Source of the DNA: an uncultured virus (IMG/VR IMGVR_UViG_3300028888_000109)
Lineage: Duplodnaviria > Heunggongvirae > Uroviricota > Caudoviricetes
Reading direction: 5' to 3' (one strand)
IMG/VR virus record: IMGVR_UViG_3300028888_000109
Length of the DNA stretch: 20,000 bases
Shown here: positions 1 to 9,116 of the stretch, piece by piece
How positions within the stretch are numbered: the stretch's first letter is position 1
How the letters are laid out: every line of letters begins with the position of its first letter
The notes under the pieces: generated by a model
What the model saw: only the letters and a program-made list of their open reading frames with translations
Databases searched by the model: none
Told to the model about the DNA's origin: nothing
Position numbers and translations under genes: made by a program

Positions 1-30
1 TGTTGAAGAAAATAAAATAATAGAATAATT

Positions 31-489
31 ATGAATGATATAAGTCCCGTTATTTATTTCCAATATCACCCAGATGCTACTCTTAAAGAGTATTTGGAAT
101 ATGTAGCATCAAAAGAAAAGGAAAAGAAAGATGCTGAACTTGAAAGGCATAATAAATGTATAGAATGGTATAAAGCTCTTGAAGGGAGATATTTTCTTAT
201 TTGTTTCCATTCTAATTCATATATGGCAGTTAAAGTAACTAAGTGGCCAGATACTGAATTCAAGAACTCATATACTTGTTATAATATTGGGTTGAATCCT
301 AATCATATTTGTAAGGAAGAAAATAGGGATGTAAATAGATATTGGTTTAAGAATCCTTATGAAAAACCTTATTTTGGACAAAATGAAGGTTCATGTAAAG
401 AGATTTCGGAAGAGAAATATAATGAAATCGCTGAGAAATGTGCTCAAATTGAAGAGATAACAAATTCTATTAATGTAAGAAATATATGA
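31..489 (+). CDS. hypothetical phage protein
   Basis: 152 aa ORF; ATGA overlap with the next gene; no recognisable family. Confidence 0.8.
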   Translation: MNDISPVIYFQYHPDATLKEYLEYVASKEKEKKDAELERHNKCIEWYKALEGRYFLICFHSNSYMAVKVTKWPDTEFKNSYTCYNIGLNPNHICKEENRDVNRYWFKNPYEKPYFGQNEGSCKEISEEKYNEIAEKCAQIEEITNSINVRNI

Positions 490-1109
490 AGAATAAGCAA
501 TTTATTTATACTGAAAAGGATGCCGAAAAAATGTTCTTTACAAGTGACACCCATTTTTGTCACGAGAATATTATCAAATATTGTAAACGTCCATTTAAGG
601 ATGTTATAGAAAATGATGAAGAGATAATTCGTCGTTGGAATGAAAAGGTTCCTGAAGACGGTATTGTATTTCATCTTGGCGATGTTGCATTTGGAGATCC
701 TGAGCGTGTTGATAATATTCTTGAACGTCTTAATGGTACAATTTATCTTGTAATTGGTAATCATGACTGGAGACGAATTGTAAATCAACATAAATGGAGA
801 TTTGAATTAATGACTCAGCAAATCAATATGAAGATTGGTAAACGTCACGTTATTTTGAATCACTATCCTTTCTTGGCATTTTCTGGTGCATGGCGTGGAG
901 TAGATGCAACATATCAATTGTTTGGACATGTACATACATCTCCTTATACTGATGAAGGTCTTGACCAAGCACGAATGAAGATGTTGTTTACTTCACAATA
1001 TGATGTAGGTGTTGATAATAATGACTTTACACCAGTATCTTGGGAAGAAGTTGACCAAATTATAAATAATCAAATGATGAGTTTAGGAATGTGTCGTAAT
1101 GAATTATAA
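486..1109 (+). CDS. calcineurin-like metallophosphoesterase
   Basis: Complete motif set: FTSDTHF (DxH), HLGDV (GD), GNHD, NHYP, FGHVH, plus C-terminal DVGVD typical of phage phosphoesterases. Confidence 0.93.
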   Translation: MKNKQFIYTEKDAEKMFFTSDTHFCHENIIKYCKRPFKDVIENDEEIIRRWNEKVPEDGIVFHLGDVAFGDPERVDNILERLNGTIYLVIGNHDWRRIVNQHKWRFELMTQQINMKIGKRHVILNHYPFLAFSGAWRGVDATYQLFGHVHTSPYTDEGLDQARMKMLFTSQYDVGVDNNDFTPVSWEEVDQIINNQMMSLGMCRNEL

Positions 1110-1341
1110 TAACAAATATCAAGAACCATGTACTTGGCATGAAGCGCATTGCTATGATTTTAATTCTCCACGTATGAGATATGATGATGTTGATGCATAT
1201 CTTAAGGTTTTTTATAAAGTATTTGGAGATAGAGATGAATTACATCCTGGAGAATTTAAACAATCAGAAGAGTATTTCAATAAACTATATAAGAGAGAAA
1301 TAAGAAAAAGCAAAATATTTAGATATTTCGGTTTCAAATAA
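1099..1341 (+). CDS. hypothetical protein
   Basis: 80 aa ORF overlapping the upstream stop; tiles the operon. Confidence 0.75.
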   Translation: MNYNNKYQEPCTWHEAHCYDFNSPRMRYDDVDAYLKVFYKVFGDRDELHPGEFKQSEEYFNKLYKREIRKSKIFRYFGFK

Positions 1342-1352
1342 TTTTAATATTA

Positions 1353-1394
1353 TTTGAATTTTTTAAATATTATACTATATTTATATTGTAATTA
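1353..1394 (+). promoter_or_regulatory. putative phage early/middle promoter, copy 1
   Basis: TTTGAA-N16-CTATATT-N4-TTGTAATTA; identical spacing at 16457 and 19599; intergenic, just upstream of ATG 1407. Confidence 0.75.
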
Positions 1395-1406
1395 AAATGG
1401 TATAAT

Positions 1407-1685
1407 ATGAAGACAATTCTTATCAATCTTGTAAATTCTTCAAAAGTACTTAATACGTTTATTAATCTCAAGTCTCGTTGGGAAGACGAAAAAAATTACG
1501 AAAACTTTGATGATTATGCCAAGGTAATGATACAGGCAATCGAAAAAGAAACAAAGAAGGATATTAAACTTATTAAAGGTACGAAACGACCATTTGGAGT
1601 AAGTTTTGAAATTGAAGGATTGAAATTTAACCTTTTTCTTAAGACAAATGGTCATTCTGCATGGCTGGCTTGTAAAAAAATATAA
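1407..1685 (+). CDS. hypothetical protein
   Basis: 92 aa ORF directly after the promoter motif. Confidence 0.8.
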   Translation: MKTILINLVNSSKVLNTFINLKSRWEDEKNYENFDDYAKVMIQAIEKETKKDIKLIKGTKRPFGVSFEIEGLKFNLFLKTNGHSAWLACKKI

Positions 1686-1743
1686 ACCGAAAGAAAATTG
1701 GAGTAAATTAGAATAATTAATAACAACTTAAAATATATAAAAA

Positions 1744-2061
1744 ATGAAATTCGTACTTGGAATCAAACCAACTATTATCACTGGGTGGGGAACAACATTT
1801 AATGCTAAAGCAAGAGTTAGAGATTCTATTCGTGGATGTTTTTGTATTTCTTCACAGTTTGGTTCTGCTTATACCGATGCTTTAGGTAGAGATGCTAAAT
1901 ATGTATATGGCTACAATATTGAGGTGTTTAAGCGTGGAAAGTATCGTAAAGATAAGCATTATGTGATTTATAGATATACATTCCCTATTGAGATGTTCAA
2001 ACTTTTGAATGTTGAGATTAAACAGGGAACTCGAACATTTAAAATTACACCTAAGAAGTAA
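1744..2061 (+). CDS. hypothetical basic protein
   Basis: 105 aa ORF, K/R-rich. Confidence 0.8.
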   Translation: MKFVLGIKPTIITGWGTTFNAKARVRDSIRGCFCISSQFGSAYTDALGRDAKYVYGYNIEVFKRGKYRKDKHYVIYRYTFPIEMFKLLNVEIKQGTRTFKITPKK

Positions 2062-2088
2062 TAGACAAATCAAAGAAGGATAATTTAA

Positions 2089-2526
2089 ATGAGTACTATT
2101 AGAAAAGATTTTAAACATGGTGATATGTATATAACTACAAGCCACCGTCAAGTATTCCACATGGGTATTTGTGGTGGAGTTGCGGGTATATTTACTGGTG
2201 GGTATTTTGATAGAGATTTAACTATTGAAGAAGCTATTGAAATACATACAATTAATATGCAACATGATTATCCTAGGATGAACATTACAAAGGAAATGGT
2301 TAAGGAGGTTTTGACCAAAAATCCTGAAGAGAAATATTTTCTTAATATGGGTGGTGAAGTCATTTCATATGATAATCATGAGAAGCCAGATATTTTTGAT
2401 GTAAGATTTCTTAATGGGGAAGATATTGATAAACTTTCCAAAGAAAAGGAGCAATGGCTTGATGATCATGGAATTACAGTAGGTAATTGGGACGAAGATG
2501 GTGAAATTAGATGTTGGGAAGATTAA
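2089..2526 (+). CDS. hypothetical protein
   Basis: 145 aa ORF in the operon. Confidence 0.8.
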   Translation: MSTIRKDFKHGDMYITTSHRQVFHMGICGGVAGIFTGGYFDRDLTIEEAIEIHTINMQHDYPRMNITKEMVKEVLTKNPEEKYFLNMGGEVISYDNHEKPDIFDVRFLNGEDIDKLSKEKEQWLDDHGITVGNWDEDGEIRCWED

Positions 2527-2538
2527 ATTATATAAATT

Positions 2539-2766
2539 ATGGATGCAAATAGGATGATGGAAATTGAAGCAGAAATGGCTTCAGTAGTTATAAATGCATG
2601 TGGTAGCACAGGTGTTTTGAAAGCAGTAAATAACGATAAACTTTATGGCGATACTAAGATTCGTCATAAAAAGGCATTAGATGAAGCAAATAAGTTTGCT
2701 GATAAAAACGGAAATGTTAATCCTAATATTCAAGCAATATTTGCTCGTATGTATGGACTAATTTAA
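2539..2766 (+). CDS. hypothetical protein
   Basis: 75 aa ORF in the operon. Confidence 0.8.
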   Translation: MDANRMMEIEAEMASVVINACGSTGVLKAVNNDKLYGDTKIRHKKALDEANKFADKNGNVNPNIQAIFARMYGLI

Positions 2767-2775
2767 TTTTTTATT

Positions 2776-3774
2776 ATGAGTAAGGTTACAAAAGATTGTG
2801 TAGAATTTGTATTTGTTGGTGAAAACATGCGAGGAGGATTTTCATCAATGGAGGATGCATTAAAGTATGTTAAGAAAAAATTGCCATCAAATGGAAAATC
2901 TTGGAAGATTGAAGAGATTCATACCAAGGTAATTGAACATGAAATTGAAAGTGAACGTAAAGTAGTTGAAGATAAGGAAATTACTAAGAGGATTATTGAT
3001 TACTTTATAGAGCATGCTACAGAAGATAATGTAAAATTTAGCCATGATGAACAATATTTCTTCAATCCAGAACATAGAGATTTTAGGTATCATGATCAAT
3101 TATATAGTTTCTTATGTACACAACATTATCTTGGGTATACAAAAGAACAATATATGAATCTCTATAATGAGATTTATAAGAAATATGCAGATAATAGTGG
3201 TTATGCATATGATGGTAGTGTATGTGAATGTATTTGTTATTTAGCAATGGCTGAATCATTTAATATGACTAAGGACGATATTTTAGGAATTGATTTTTCT
3301 AATTATAAAGTTAGTAATAAATTTGCAGAAACTCATCCTGATATATATAAAGAAAAAGATCATTGGTTGCATGATCTTTATTATGCAGATGGGTATTATT
3401 TTAAACCTAATGAATATCCAGGAATTACTGAGCAACCTAAGATTTGGAAATATCTTAGAGGTCAAGAATTGCTTGATGCATATAAAGAAGAATTAAAGAG
3501 AGTTCCTATTGAAGATTGGTATTGGGAACGTAATGTTGGTGATTATAGGCCATGTCATAACTACAAGTTGGTTATGAAACGTCCTAAGAAATATAATGAT
3601 GATGATTTTTCTATTCACATGTTTGGCAAATATTTGCCAGGTATTATGTTTAGAGATGGAGATATTTATGTAACTGATGACCAATATATAGGTCGTAATA
3701 CTCACCTTAGAAGTACATCTGTTTGTGATGTAGATGAAAAACTTTATAATTATTGTATAAAAAATTTGAAATAA
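2776..3774 (+). CDS. hypothetical protein with an N-terminal small alpha/beta domain (GGFSSMEDA motif)
   Basis: 332 aa ORF; N-terminus resembles the repeated 'Y/F-S/T-x-E/D-x-A' domain elsewhere in this window. Confidence 0.85.
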   Translation: MSKVTKDCVEFVFVGENMRGGFSSMEDALKYVKKKLPSNGKSWKIEEIHTKVIEHEIESERKVVEDKEITKRIIDYFIEHATEDNVKFSHDEQYFFNPEHRDFRYHDQLYSFLCTQHYLGYTKEQYMNLYNEIYKKYADNSGYAYDGSVCECICYLAMAESFNMTKDDILGIDFSNYKVSNKFAETHPDIYKEKDHWLHDLYYADGYYFKPNEYPGITEQPKIWKYLRGQELLDAYKEELKRVPIEDWYWERNVGDYRPCHNYKLVMKRPKKYNDDDFSIHMFGKYLPGIMFRDGDIYVTDDQYIGRNTHLRSTSVCDVDEKLYNYCIKNLK

Positions 3775-3775
3775 T

Positions 3776-4039
3776 ATGTTTACATTTTATATTTTAAATA
3801 CAATTTTGTTAATTGCCGCTATTGTTGCAATTAGTCTCCAATTCTTTATTATTCATCGTCAAAAAGAGATGAATGATTTAAATAGTTTTGTTTTGACTTT
3901 TAGTAAGTTGATTACAAATAAAAAATGTTTTATTCGTGAACCTGATTGTTCTCTTCGTGATGCAAGTATACATACAGTTATTAACAATGGTGAAATAGCT
4001 TTAATGATTGATTTGATTAAGAAAGAAAATAAAGAATAA
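3776..4039 (+). CDS. hypothetical membrane-anchored protein
   Basis: N-terminal hydrophobic helix FYILNTILLIAAIVAISLQFFII. Confidence 0.75.
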   Translation: MFTFYILNTILLIAAIVAISLQFFIIHRQKEMNDLNSFVLTFSKLITNKKCFIREPDCSLRDASIHTVINNGEIALMIDLIKKENKE

Positions 4040-4041
4040 AT

Positions 4042-4596
4042 ATGACTCCTAAAGAAACAGTAAATCTAAAAGTTGGTGATGAATTTTTCATAGTTATAAT
4101 GTCAAATGCTTATGATTTTATCAATCCATTTATTAGAACATGTAAATATGGAAGATCAAAATATTATAAACCACTTGGTGTGTTTAAAACAAAAGTTACA
4201 GAAATAACTGAAAAATCAAATATCCATAGTGATAAAAATATTCCAACTTCATATTACATTGAAGGAAAAATTGATACATCAGAATTTGAGCATTTAATAT
4301 GGAGAGGTAGATGGGATGAATTACCAGAAGGTAAAGAATCCCAGGATTATGCTGGGTATAATTGGTGTTCTAAAGAGTTTTATGCTAATTTTCAAAATCC
4401 ATTTGGTGATAATGGTTCAACATCAAATTGTTTTTTTACAAAAGAAGAAGCACAACAATATTATGAAAAAAACCTTAAAAAGTTTAATAAAGATGTAAAA
4501 ACTTATGTTGCCCATCTTAAAAATGAAATTGAATTAGCAAACAAAAATATTATTAATGCCCAAGACCAACTTAAAAAATATGAATCTATTATTTAA
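4042..4596 (+). CDS. hypothetical protein, 'KxGD...FxxxEEA' family
   Basis: LKVGDEFF near the N-terminus; FFTKEEA followed by a coiled-coil tail. Confidence 0.8.
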   Translation: MTPKETVNLKVGDEFFIVIMSNAYDFINPFIRTCKYGRSKYYKPLGVFKTKVTEITEKSNIHSDKNIPTSYYIEGKIDTSEFEHLIWRGRWDELPEGKESQDYAGYNWCSKEFYANFQNPFGDNGSTSNCFFTKEEAQQYYEKNLKKFNKDVKTYVAHLKNEIELANKNIINAQDQLKKYESII

Positions 4597-4825
4597 ATTT
4601 GGTAATTTTTTACATAATCATTTTGAAGATTTTACAAAACCATTTGTATTGACATTAGGTTTTTTTGGTATTGTTTTTGCAATTATAGGACATTATGGTA
4701 CCGTTGGTTTTAATATTAAATGGTTTTTATTTTTTGAATTACCATTATATTTATTTTGTATATGGGCTTTACATGGGGCATATAAATTATATAAAATGAC
4801 AAAAAGAGATGATATTAAAAATTAA
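4580..4825 (+). CDS. hypothetical membrane protein (2 TM)
   Basis: Start taken at MNLLF (4580); two hydrophobic segments FVLTLGFFGIVFAII and WFLFFELPLYLFCIWAL. Confidence 0.7.
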   Translation: MNLLFKFGNFLHNHFEDFTKPFVLTLGFFGIVFAIIGHYGTVGFNIKWFLFFELPLYLFCIWALHGAYKLYKMTKRDDIKN

Positions 4826-5090
4826 TTATGATCATAAACCTAATGTTATTGTTGAATTAACTTCATCATTAGAAGGAGTATGGTGGAATATTGTATTTGA
4901 ATCAGATGATTTTGATAAACGTTACTATACTTCTAATCTGGCACCAAGCGAATCAATGACTAAATTACATGAAGATATGGTTGATACATATCTTAATATT
5001 ATGGGTAGTGTACCTTATAGTAAAGATGAAATATTAGCAAATTCAAAAATTCATATTATAAATTTAACAAGACATATTAAACCAAATTAA
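4809..5090 (+). CDS. hypothetical protein
   Basis: 93 aa ORF tiling the operon. Confidence 0.75.
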   Translation: MILKINYDHKPNVIVELTSSLEGVWWNIVFESDDFDKRYYTSNLAPSESMTKLHEDMVDTYLNIMGSVPYSKDEILANSKIHIINLTRHIKPN

Positions 5091-5093
5091 ATT

Positions 5094-5687
5094 ATGAAAA
5101 TATTTTTTGATACAGAATTTACAGGACTACATAAAAATACTACACTTATATCAATTGGATTAGTTGATGAGAATAATAGAACATTTTATGCAGAATTTTC
5201 AGATTATGATGAGTGTCAATGTGATCAATGGATTAAAGAAAATGTACTTGCAAATTTAAAATATGCAAATGCTCCTTATTCTGAACCATTTGTTAATATT
5301 AATAAAAATCATACTAATGTTTATGGAGATAAAAATTATATAAAAGATCAACTTTATGAATGGCTTTCATTATATGACAATGTTGAATTAGTTTCAGATG
5401 TTTGTCATTATGATATGGTTCTATTTATAGATATATTTGGTAGTGCATTTGATATTCCAAAACATGTTAATGCCGCTTGTCATGATATAAATCAAGATAT
5501 TGCACAATATTATCATATTGATGAAAATCATGCATTCGATAAATCACGTGAAGATATATTAAAAGAACATAGTCAATCTATAGAAGGAGATAAGCATAAT
5601 TCACTTTATGATGCTAAAGTTATACAATCTATTTACAATATTATAAATTCAAAAAGTAATACGGATGGAGAATTTCAATTTGAGTAA
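5094..5687 (+). CDS. DEDDh 3'-5' exo(ribo)nuclease, Rv2179c/RNase AS-like
   Basis: FFDTEFTGL (ExoI), LISIGLV..FYAE, YD (ExoII), HNSLYDA (ExoIII). Confidence 0.9.
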   Translation: MKIFFDTEFTGLHKNTTLISIGLVDENNRTFYAEFSDYDECQCDQWIKENVLANLKYANAPYSEPFVNINKNHTNVYGDKNYIKDQLYEWLSLYDNVELVSDVCHYDMVLFIDIFGSAFDIPKHVNAACHDINQDIAQYYHIDENHAFDKSREDILKEHSQSIEGDKHNSLYDAKVIQSIYNIINSKSNTDGEFQFE

Positions 5688-6174
5688 TATATATTCTGAA
5701 ATTCATAAAGAAGTTGAAAAAAGATTCAATAAGAAGAATTTTTTCAAGTTTGGTATGATATCATTAGATAGGACAAAAAATCCTATTGAAATTGATAATC
5801 TAATTAAATTACCATTTGAAACAAATTTTGGATTTCATATTCATATTATAAAAGGAGAAAAAATTGAACTATATTATACTCATAAATTTGATGATAGAAA
5901 ACATGTAATATATTCTGCGTATTTCTATAAAAATCCTAAATTTGAATCTGAATCAATAGGATATGAAGAATTAGATTCACTTTTAGAAAAAAATCAAATA
6001 CAAATAAAGAATTTTGAGTATGAACCATCATTATATTGTGCATCAGATTTAGTAGATGCTTTTATGCAATTTAAAGATTATATTTTATCAGCTGAAAAAT
6101 ATTATGAGAATAAAAAAATAGCTGATAAATTATATGAAGAAATGAAAAGAAATGAATATAAAGTTTTTAGATAA
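5665..6174 (+). CDS. hypothetical protein
   Basis: 169 aa ORF overlapping the upstream stop. Confidence 0.8.
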   Translation: MENFNLSNIYSEIHKEVEKRFNKKNFFKFGMISLDRTKNPIEIDNLIKLPFETNFGFHIHIIKGEKIELYYTHKFDDRKHVIYSAYFYKNPKFESESIGYEELDSLLEKNQIQIKNFEYEPSLYCASDLVDAFMQFKDYILSAEKYYENKKIADKLYEEMKRNEYKVFR

Positions 6175-6359
6175 TGACTCAAGAATTACAAGATTTTTTA
6201 TTTGGAAAAAATAATCATTCTAAAAAAGAATGTTTAGATAAGATAAATGAAGAAATGTCTGAAAATATTAAATTATTCAATAAAGGTGATTTAACATTTG
6301 AAGAGTTTCATTGGGTTCAAGGTGAATTAGTAAAATTAAAAAATGAATTAGGTTTATAA
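6174..6359 (+). CDS. hypothetical protein
   Basis: 61 aa ORF, TAATG coupling. Confidence 0.75.
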   Translation: MTQELQDFLFGKNNHSKKECLDKINEEMSENIKLFNKGDLTFEEFHWVQGELVKLKNELGL

Positions 6360-6486
6360 ATGCCACAGGTTCAATTATAATTATATAGATGAAAATCTTT
6401 ATTAAATAAATATTTACCATCATCAGTGGGCTTTCTGGTATATTTAGTGTGCCTAATTAAATATAAATAAATGTTAAAAGAAGTTA

Positions 6487-6807
6487 ATGAATTTATATAT
6501 TGTAAAATATTGTGCAAATGAATGTGATGATTTAGGATATGATTCCCCATACCCAATATATTATTCATTAAATGAAAATAGAGCTCGTAATTTCTTTGAA
6601 ATGAAAAGAGTGGAAGCTATTGATCATTTTAATGAATTTATAAATAAACACCCACAATATCAAAATAATGAAGATTATTGTATTGAGAAAAATTCAACAA
6701 ATGAATTAGAATATAATATGGGTAAGTGGTTTTATAGATATGAATTTTGTGAAGATGAAATGGATACTGATTTAAGATGGAAGAACTATTCAGCTTACAT
6801 TGAATAA
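6487..6807 (+). CDS. hypothetical protein, small alpha/beta domain family
   Basis: 106 aa; MNLYIV...YYSLNENRA...YEFCEDEMD pattern. Confidence 0.8.
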   Translation: MNLYIVKYCANECDDLGYDSPYPIYYSLNENRARNFFEMKRVEAIDHFNEFINKHPQYQNNEDYCIEKNSTNELEYNMGKWFYRYEFCEDEMDTDLRWKNYSAYIE

Positions 6808-6810
6808 ATA

Positions 6811-6834
6811 ATGGGTAGACATTAGTCTACCCAT
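6811..6834. terminator. bidirectional terminator hairpin at the convergence of the + and - blocks
   Basis: Perfect 10 bp inverted repeat ATGGGTAGAC-atta-GTCTACCCAT between convergent stops, with A/T-rich flanks. Confidence 0.8.
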
Positions 6835-6850
6835 ATTGCTTTATATTTTT

Positions 6851-6991
6851 TTAATATTTCTTTTCTTTTTCAAATTCTCGAATTTCTTCTTCTGTAAATT
6901 CACCTTTTCTATATCTTAATAGTTTTTCTATAATTTGAGAAGCATAAGGTTCTTTTACAATTATTGTTTTTTTATGATCAAATCCTAACAT
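6851..6991 (-). CDS. small hypothetical protein (46 aa, not in the ORF track)
   Basis: Hand-translated MLGFDHKKTIIVKEPYASQIIEKLLRYRKGEFTEEEIREFEKEKKY*; fills the gap exactly. Confidence 0.65.
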   Translation of the reverse strand: MLGFDHKKTIIVKEPYASQIIEKLLRYRKGEFTEEEIREFEKEKKY

Positions 6992-6997
6992 AATAAT

Positions 6998-7288
6998 TTA
7001 TTTTAAGTTACTAATAGCATCACTAAATAAATAAGATCCACCACAATCTTCCCAAAGGTCTTCTGGTTTTGTTTTTAATGCTTTTGCACAATTACATATA
7101 AATTGCCAAATATATGATTCATTATTATCTTCAATAAATTCATCTTGGTCATCAATGTCATCTTTAATTTCATTTTGCATTTTTTGAATCATCTCTTTAG
7201 AATATGTCTTTAATTCATCTTCAATGACTTTTTTGACATCTTTCATATGATAAATGCTTTCGTTTATAAATTCTTTAATATCTTTCAT
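6998..7288 (-). CDS. acidic hypothetical protein, candidate internal head protein
   Basis: N-terminus MKDIKEFINE resembles the T4 capsid-targeting sequence MKTYQEFIAE. Confidence 0.7.
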   Translation of the reverse strand: MKDIKEFINESIYHMKDVKKVIEDELKTYSKEMIQKMQNEIKDDIDDQDEFIEDNNESYIWQFICNCAKALKTKPEDLWEDCGGSYLFSDAISNLK

Positions 7289-7304
7289 ATTTAGTTATAT
7301 ATAT

Positions 7305-7709
7305 TTATACATCTTTATAAAATTGAATCCAATTATCAGGATTCTCTTTAACATCATCTAAGAATTCTTCAACTTTATCAAGAGCGGCTACAATAGCTTT
7401 GCTAAAGTCATCTGTTTCAAAACTACACCAAGGATCATTATCATAAGAATTACTACCTATCTTTCCAATCCAAAGTTTCCATTCATCATCTTGGAATCCT
7501 AATAAAAAGTCGATAGAAATATTTTTTTCTTTATTTTCATATTTATATTCGATCTTTTGGTATTTTTGATTATCTTCTAACCAATTTACCTTTTTATCAG
7601 GTTCTTCCCAAATAGTGAACTTAATTTCACCACGCTCAGTAGTTTTTTCTTTATCTTCATTTCCTTCTTCACCAGCTTCTAATATATATTGATTAAGTGA
7701 TTTCATCAT
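7305..7709 (-). CDS. acidic hypothetical protein, candidate internal head protein
   Basis: N-terminus (M)MKSLNQYILE followed by an acidic linker; true start may be 7706. Confidence 0.7.
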   Translation of the reverse strand: MMKSLNQYILEAGEEGNEDKEKTTERGEIKFTIWEEPDKKVNWLEDNQKYQKIEYKYENKEKNISIDFLLGFQDDEWKLWIGKIGSNSYDNDPWCSFETDDFSKAIVAALDKVEEFLDDVKENPDNWIQFYKDV

Positions 7710-7723
7710 TAATACTTGTATTT

Positions 7724-7734
7724 TTTAAAAATAA
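7724..7734 (-). promoter_or_regulatory. candidate late promoter TTATTTTTAAA
   Basis: The same 11-mer occurs on - at 8604-8614; both lie 14-20 nt upstream of a start codon. Confidence 0.4.
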
Positions 7735-7737
7735 TAT

Positions 7738-8583
7738 TTATATATTTACTTTGACAATTTGTTTTCTTGTTTTAGCTATATGGTAATATTTAACGACATC
7801 ATGCAATTGAGTGTTAATATCAAAGAAATTTTCAAATGTCCTATTAGAGCTTAATTTGATAAGTTCTCCACGTTTCAATAATCTATTACAATACTCTTCC
7901 CAAGATTTGGTCATATAATGATTTAATCTTGCTTTTTTACAATCAACTAAAGAATATTTGATATCTTGATTTTTAATATAATGTGGAAAAAATTTATAGA
8001 AATCATTAAAATCCATATTCAATACTATATCTTTTTGTTTAGTATTAAATATTATTTTAGTACGCTTCTTGATATATTTAGTTTGATGAATTTCTGCTAT
8101 TTTATTAAATGTATTAAATACTGAATATTTATAAGGTAATTTTATAAAAGGATTATCACATGTCATATATTCCCATTTTATCAATAAAGAACATTCATGT
8201 GTCCTATCAAATTCATATAAAACTTGGTCAAATGTATATTTATATTTGCATTTGTTAAAATCAATAAATTCATCTACATCTATAAATATAATATAGTCAA
8301 ATTGGTTTGATTCTGTATTTTTTAAGAATTGCCAAAATACATATTGTTGTCTATTATCTTTACGGTTTTTATATATTTTAATAGTTTCTGGATCTAAAAA
8401 ATCTTCAATTTTATATAATTGAACATTTTCAAATTTATTACATATATCTTTATGAGATTTACTATTAAAGTCTTCAACTAATATAAATTGGTTTATGCCA
8501 ATTTTATTTGTATGATATTCAATCCATTCTTTCAAATATCTATGTTCATCTTTAATTAAAGAAAGTATACATTTTTTATACAT
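7738..8583 (-). CDS. glycosyltransferase, GT92/GT2-like (GT-A fold)
   Basis: IKDEHRYLKEWIEYH N-terminal motif, FIDVDEF (DxD), RLNHYMTKSWEEY C-terminal motif. Confidence 0.88.
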   Translation of the reverse strand: MYKKCILSLIKDEHRYLKEWIEYHTNKIGINQFILVEDFNSKSHKDICNKFENVQLYKIEDFLDPETIKIYKNRKDNRQQYVFWQFLKNTESNQFDYIIFIDVDEFIDFNKCKYKYTFDQVLYEFDRTHECSLLIKWEYMTCDNPFIKLPYKYSVFNTFNKIAEIHQTKYIKKRTKIIFNTKQKDIVLNMDFNDFYKFFPHYIKNQDIKYSLVDCKKARLNHYMTKSWEEYCNRLLKRGELIKLSSNRTFENFFDINTQLHDVVKYYHIAKTRKQIVKVNI

Positions 8584-8603
8584 ATAATATTCTAATATAG
8601 ATA

Positions 8604-8614
8604 TTTAAAAATAA
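8604..8614 (-). promoter_or_regulatory. candidate late promoter TTATTTTTAAA
   Basis: Identical to the 7724-7734 motif; overlaps the terminator U-tract, so ambiguous. Confidence 0.3.
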
Positions 8615-8638
8615 AAATGGAACTTAATAGTTCCATTT
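8615..8638 (-). terminator. intrinsic terminator
   Basis: 10 bp perfect stem AAATGGAACT/AGTTCCATTT with a 4 nt loop; on - strand followed by TTATTTTT; just after the stop at 8643. Confidence 0.8.
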
Positions 8639-8642
8639 CTAA

Positions 8643-9089
8643 TTAACAAATTTTAGAATTTCTTAATAAAGTAACAATTTCTTGTATTTTATCAATTTTG
8701 CAACCAATAAACCTATCTCTTGCAATATCTTTACAAAGTCTAATTGTTGCTTCAAATGATTTAACTTGGTGTTTCTCCCATTCACCTATGTAGAAGAAAC
8801 ATATCATATTTACTTTTGGACCATAACAATTTGCTTGCCATGCAGAATTAACTATTTCGGCAATTGAATATGTACCCATCATTTCTGGTGTAATAACATA
8901 AAGATGAACATTACATTTATTGTTCTTTTCATCTTCTTCAATTGCTTGACATTCTGGTGTCCAATCTTTTACTACAGGATTAAACCATTCTACATCATAT
9001 TTTTTAAGTTTTTCAATAAGTTCATCTCTCCATGTAGTATCAGCACATGTTCCACCTAAGAAAATTCTATTAACATTCTCTACCATCAC
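8643..9089 (-). CDS. nucleoside 2-deoxyribosyltransferase-like protein (Nuc_deoxyri_tr2-like)
   Basis: RIFLGGTC..TWRDELI, WFNPVVKDW, YSIAE with the catalytic-position Glu. Confidence 0.85.
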   Translation of the reverse strand: MMVENVNRIFLGGTCADTTWRDELIEKLKKYDVEWFNPVVKDWTPECQAIEEDEKNNKCNVHLYVITPEMMGTYSIAEIVNSAWQANCYGPKVNMICFFYIGEWEKHQVKSFEATIRLCKDIARDRFIGCKIDKIQEIVTLLRNSKIC

Positions 9090-9116
9090 TTATCCATAAC
9101 CTATATATTTATCTAA

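Noticed and set aside
66..3705. Antisense or alternate-frame ORFs 66..263, 444..791, 1440..1655, 1882..2160, 2887..3099, 3283..3465, 3290..3496, 3493..3705
   Set aside because: They overlap better-supported + strand genes and have the I/F/L-rich composition of shadow frames in AT-rich DNA.
6410..6445. Complete hammerhead ribozyme
   Set aside because: CTGATGA and GAAA are present on -, but stems I and III and the cleavage triplet cannot be formed; kept only as a weak finding.
6851..6991. ASCH domain (IIVKEPYASQI resembles SIKQPYAxLI)
   Set aside because: Protein is too short and lacks the GxKxxExR motif.
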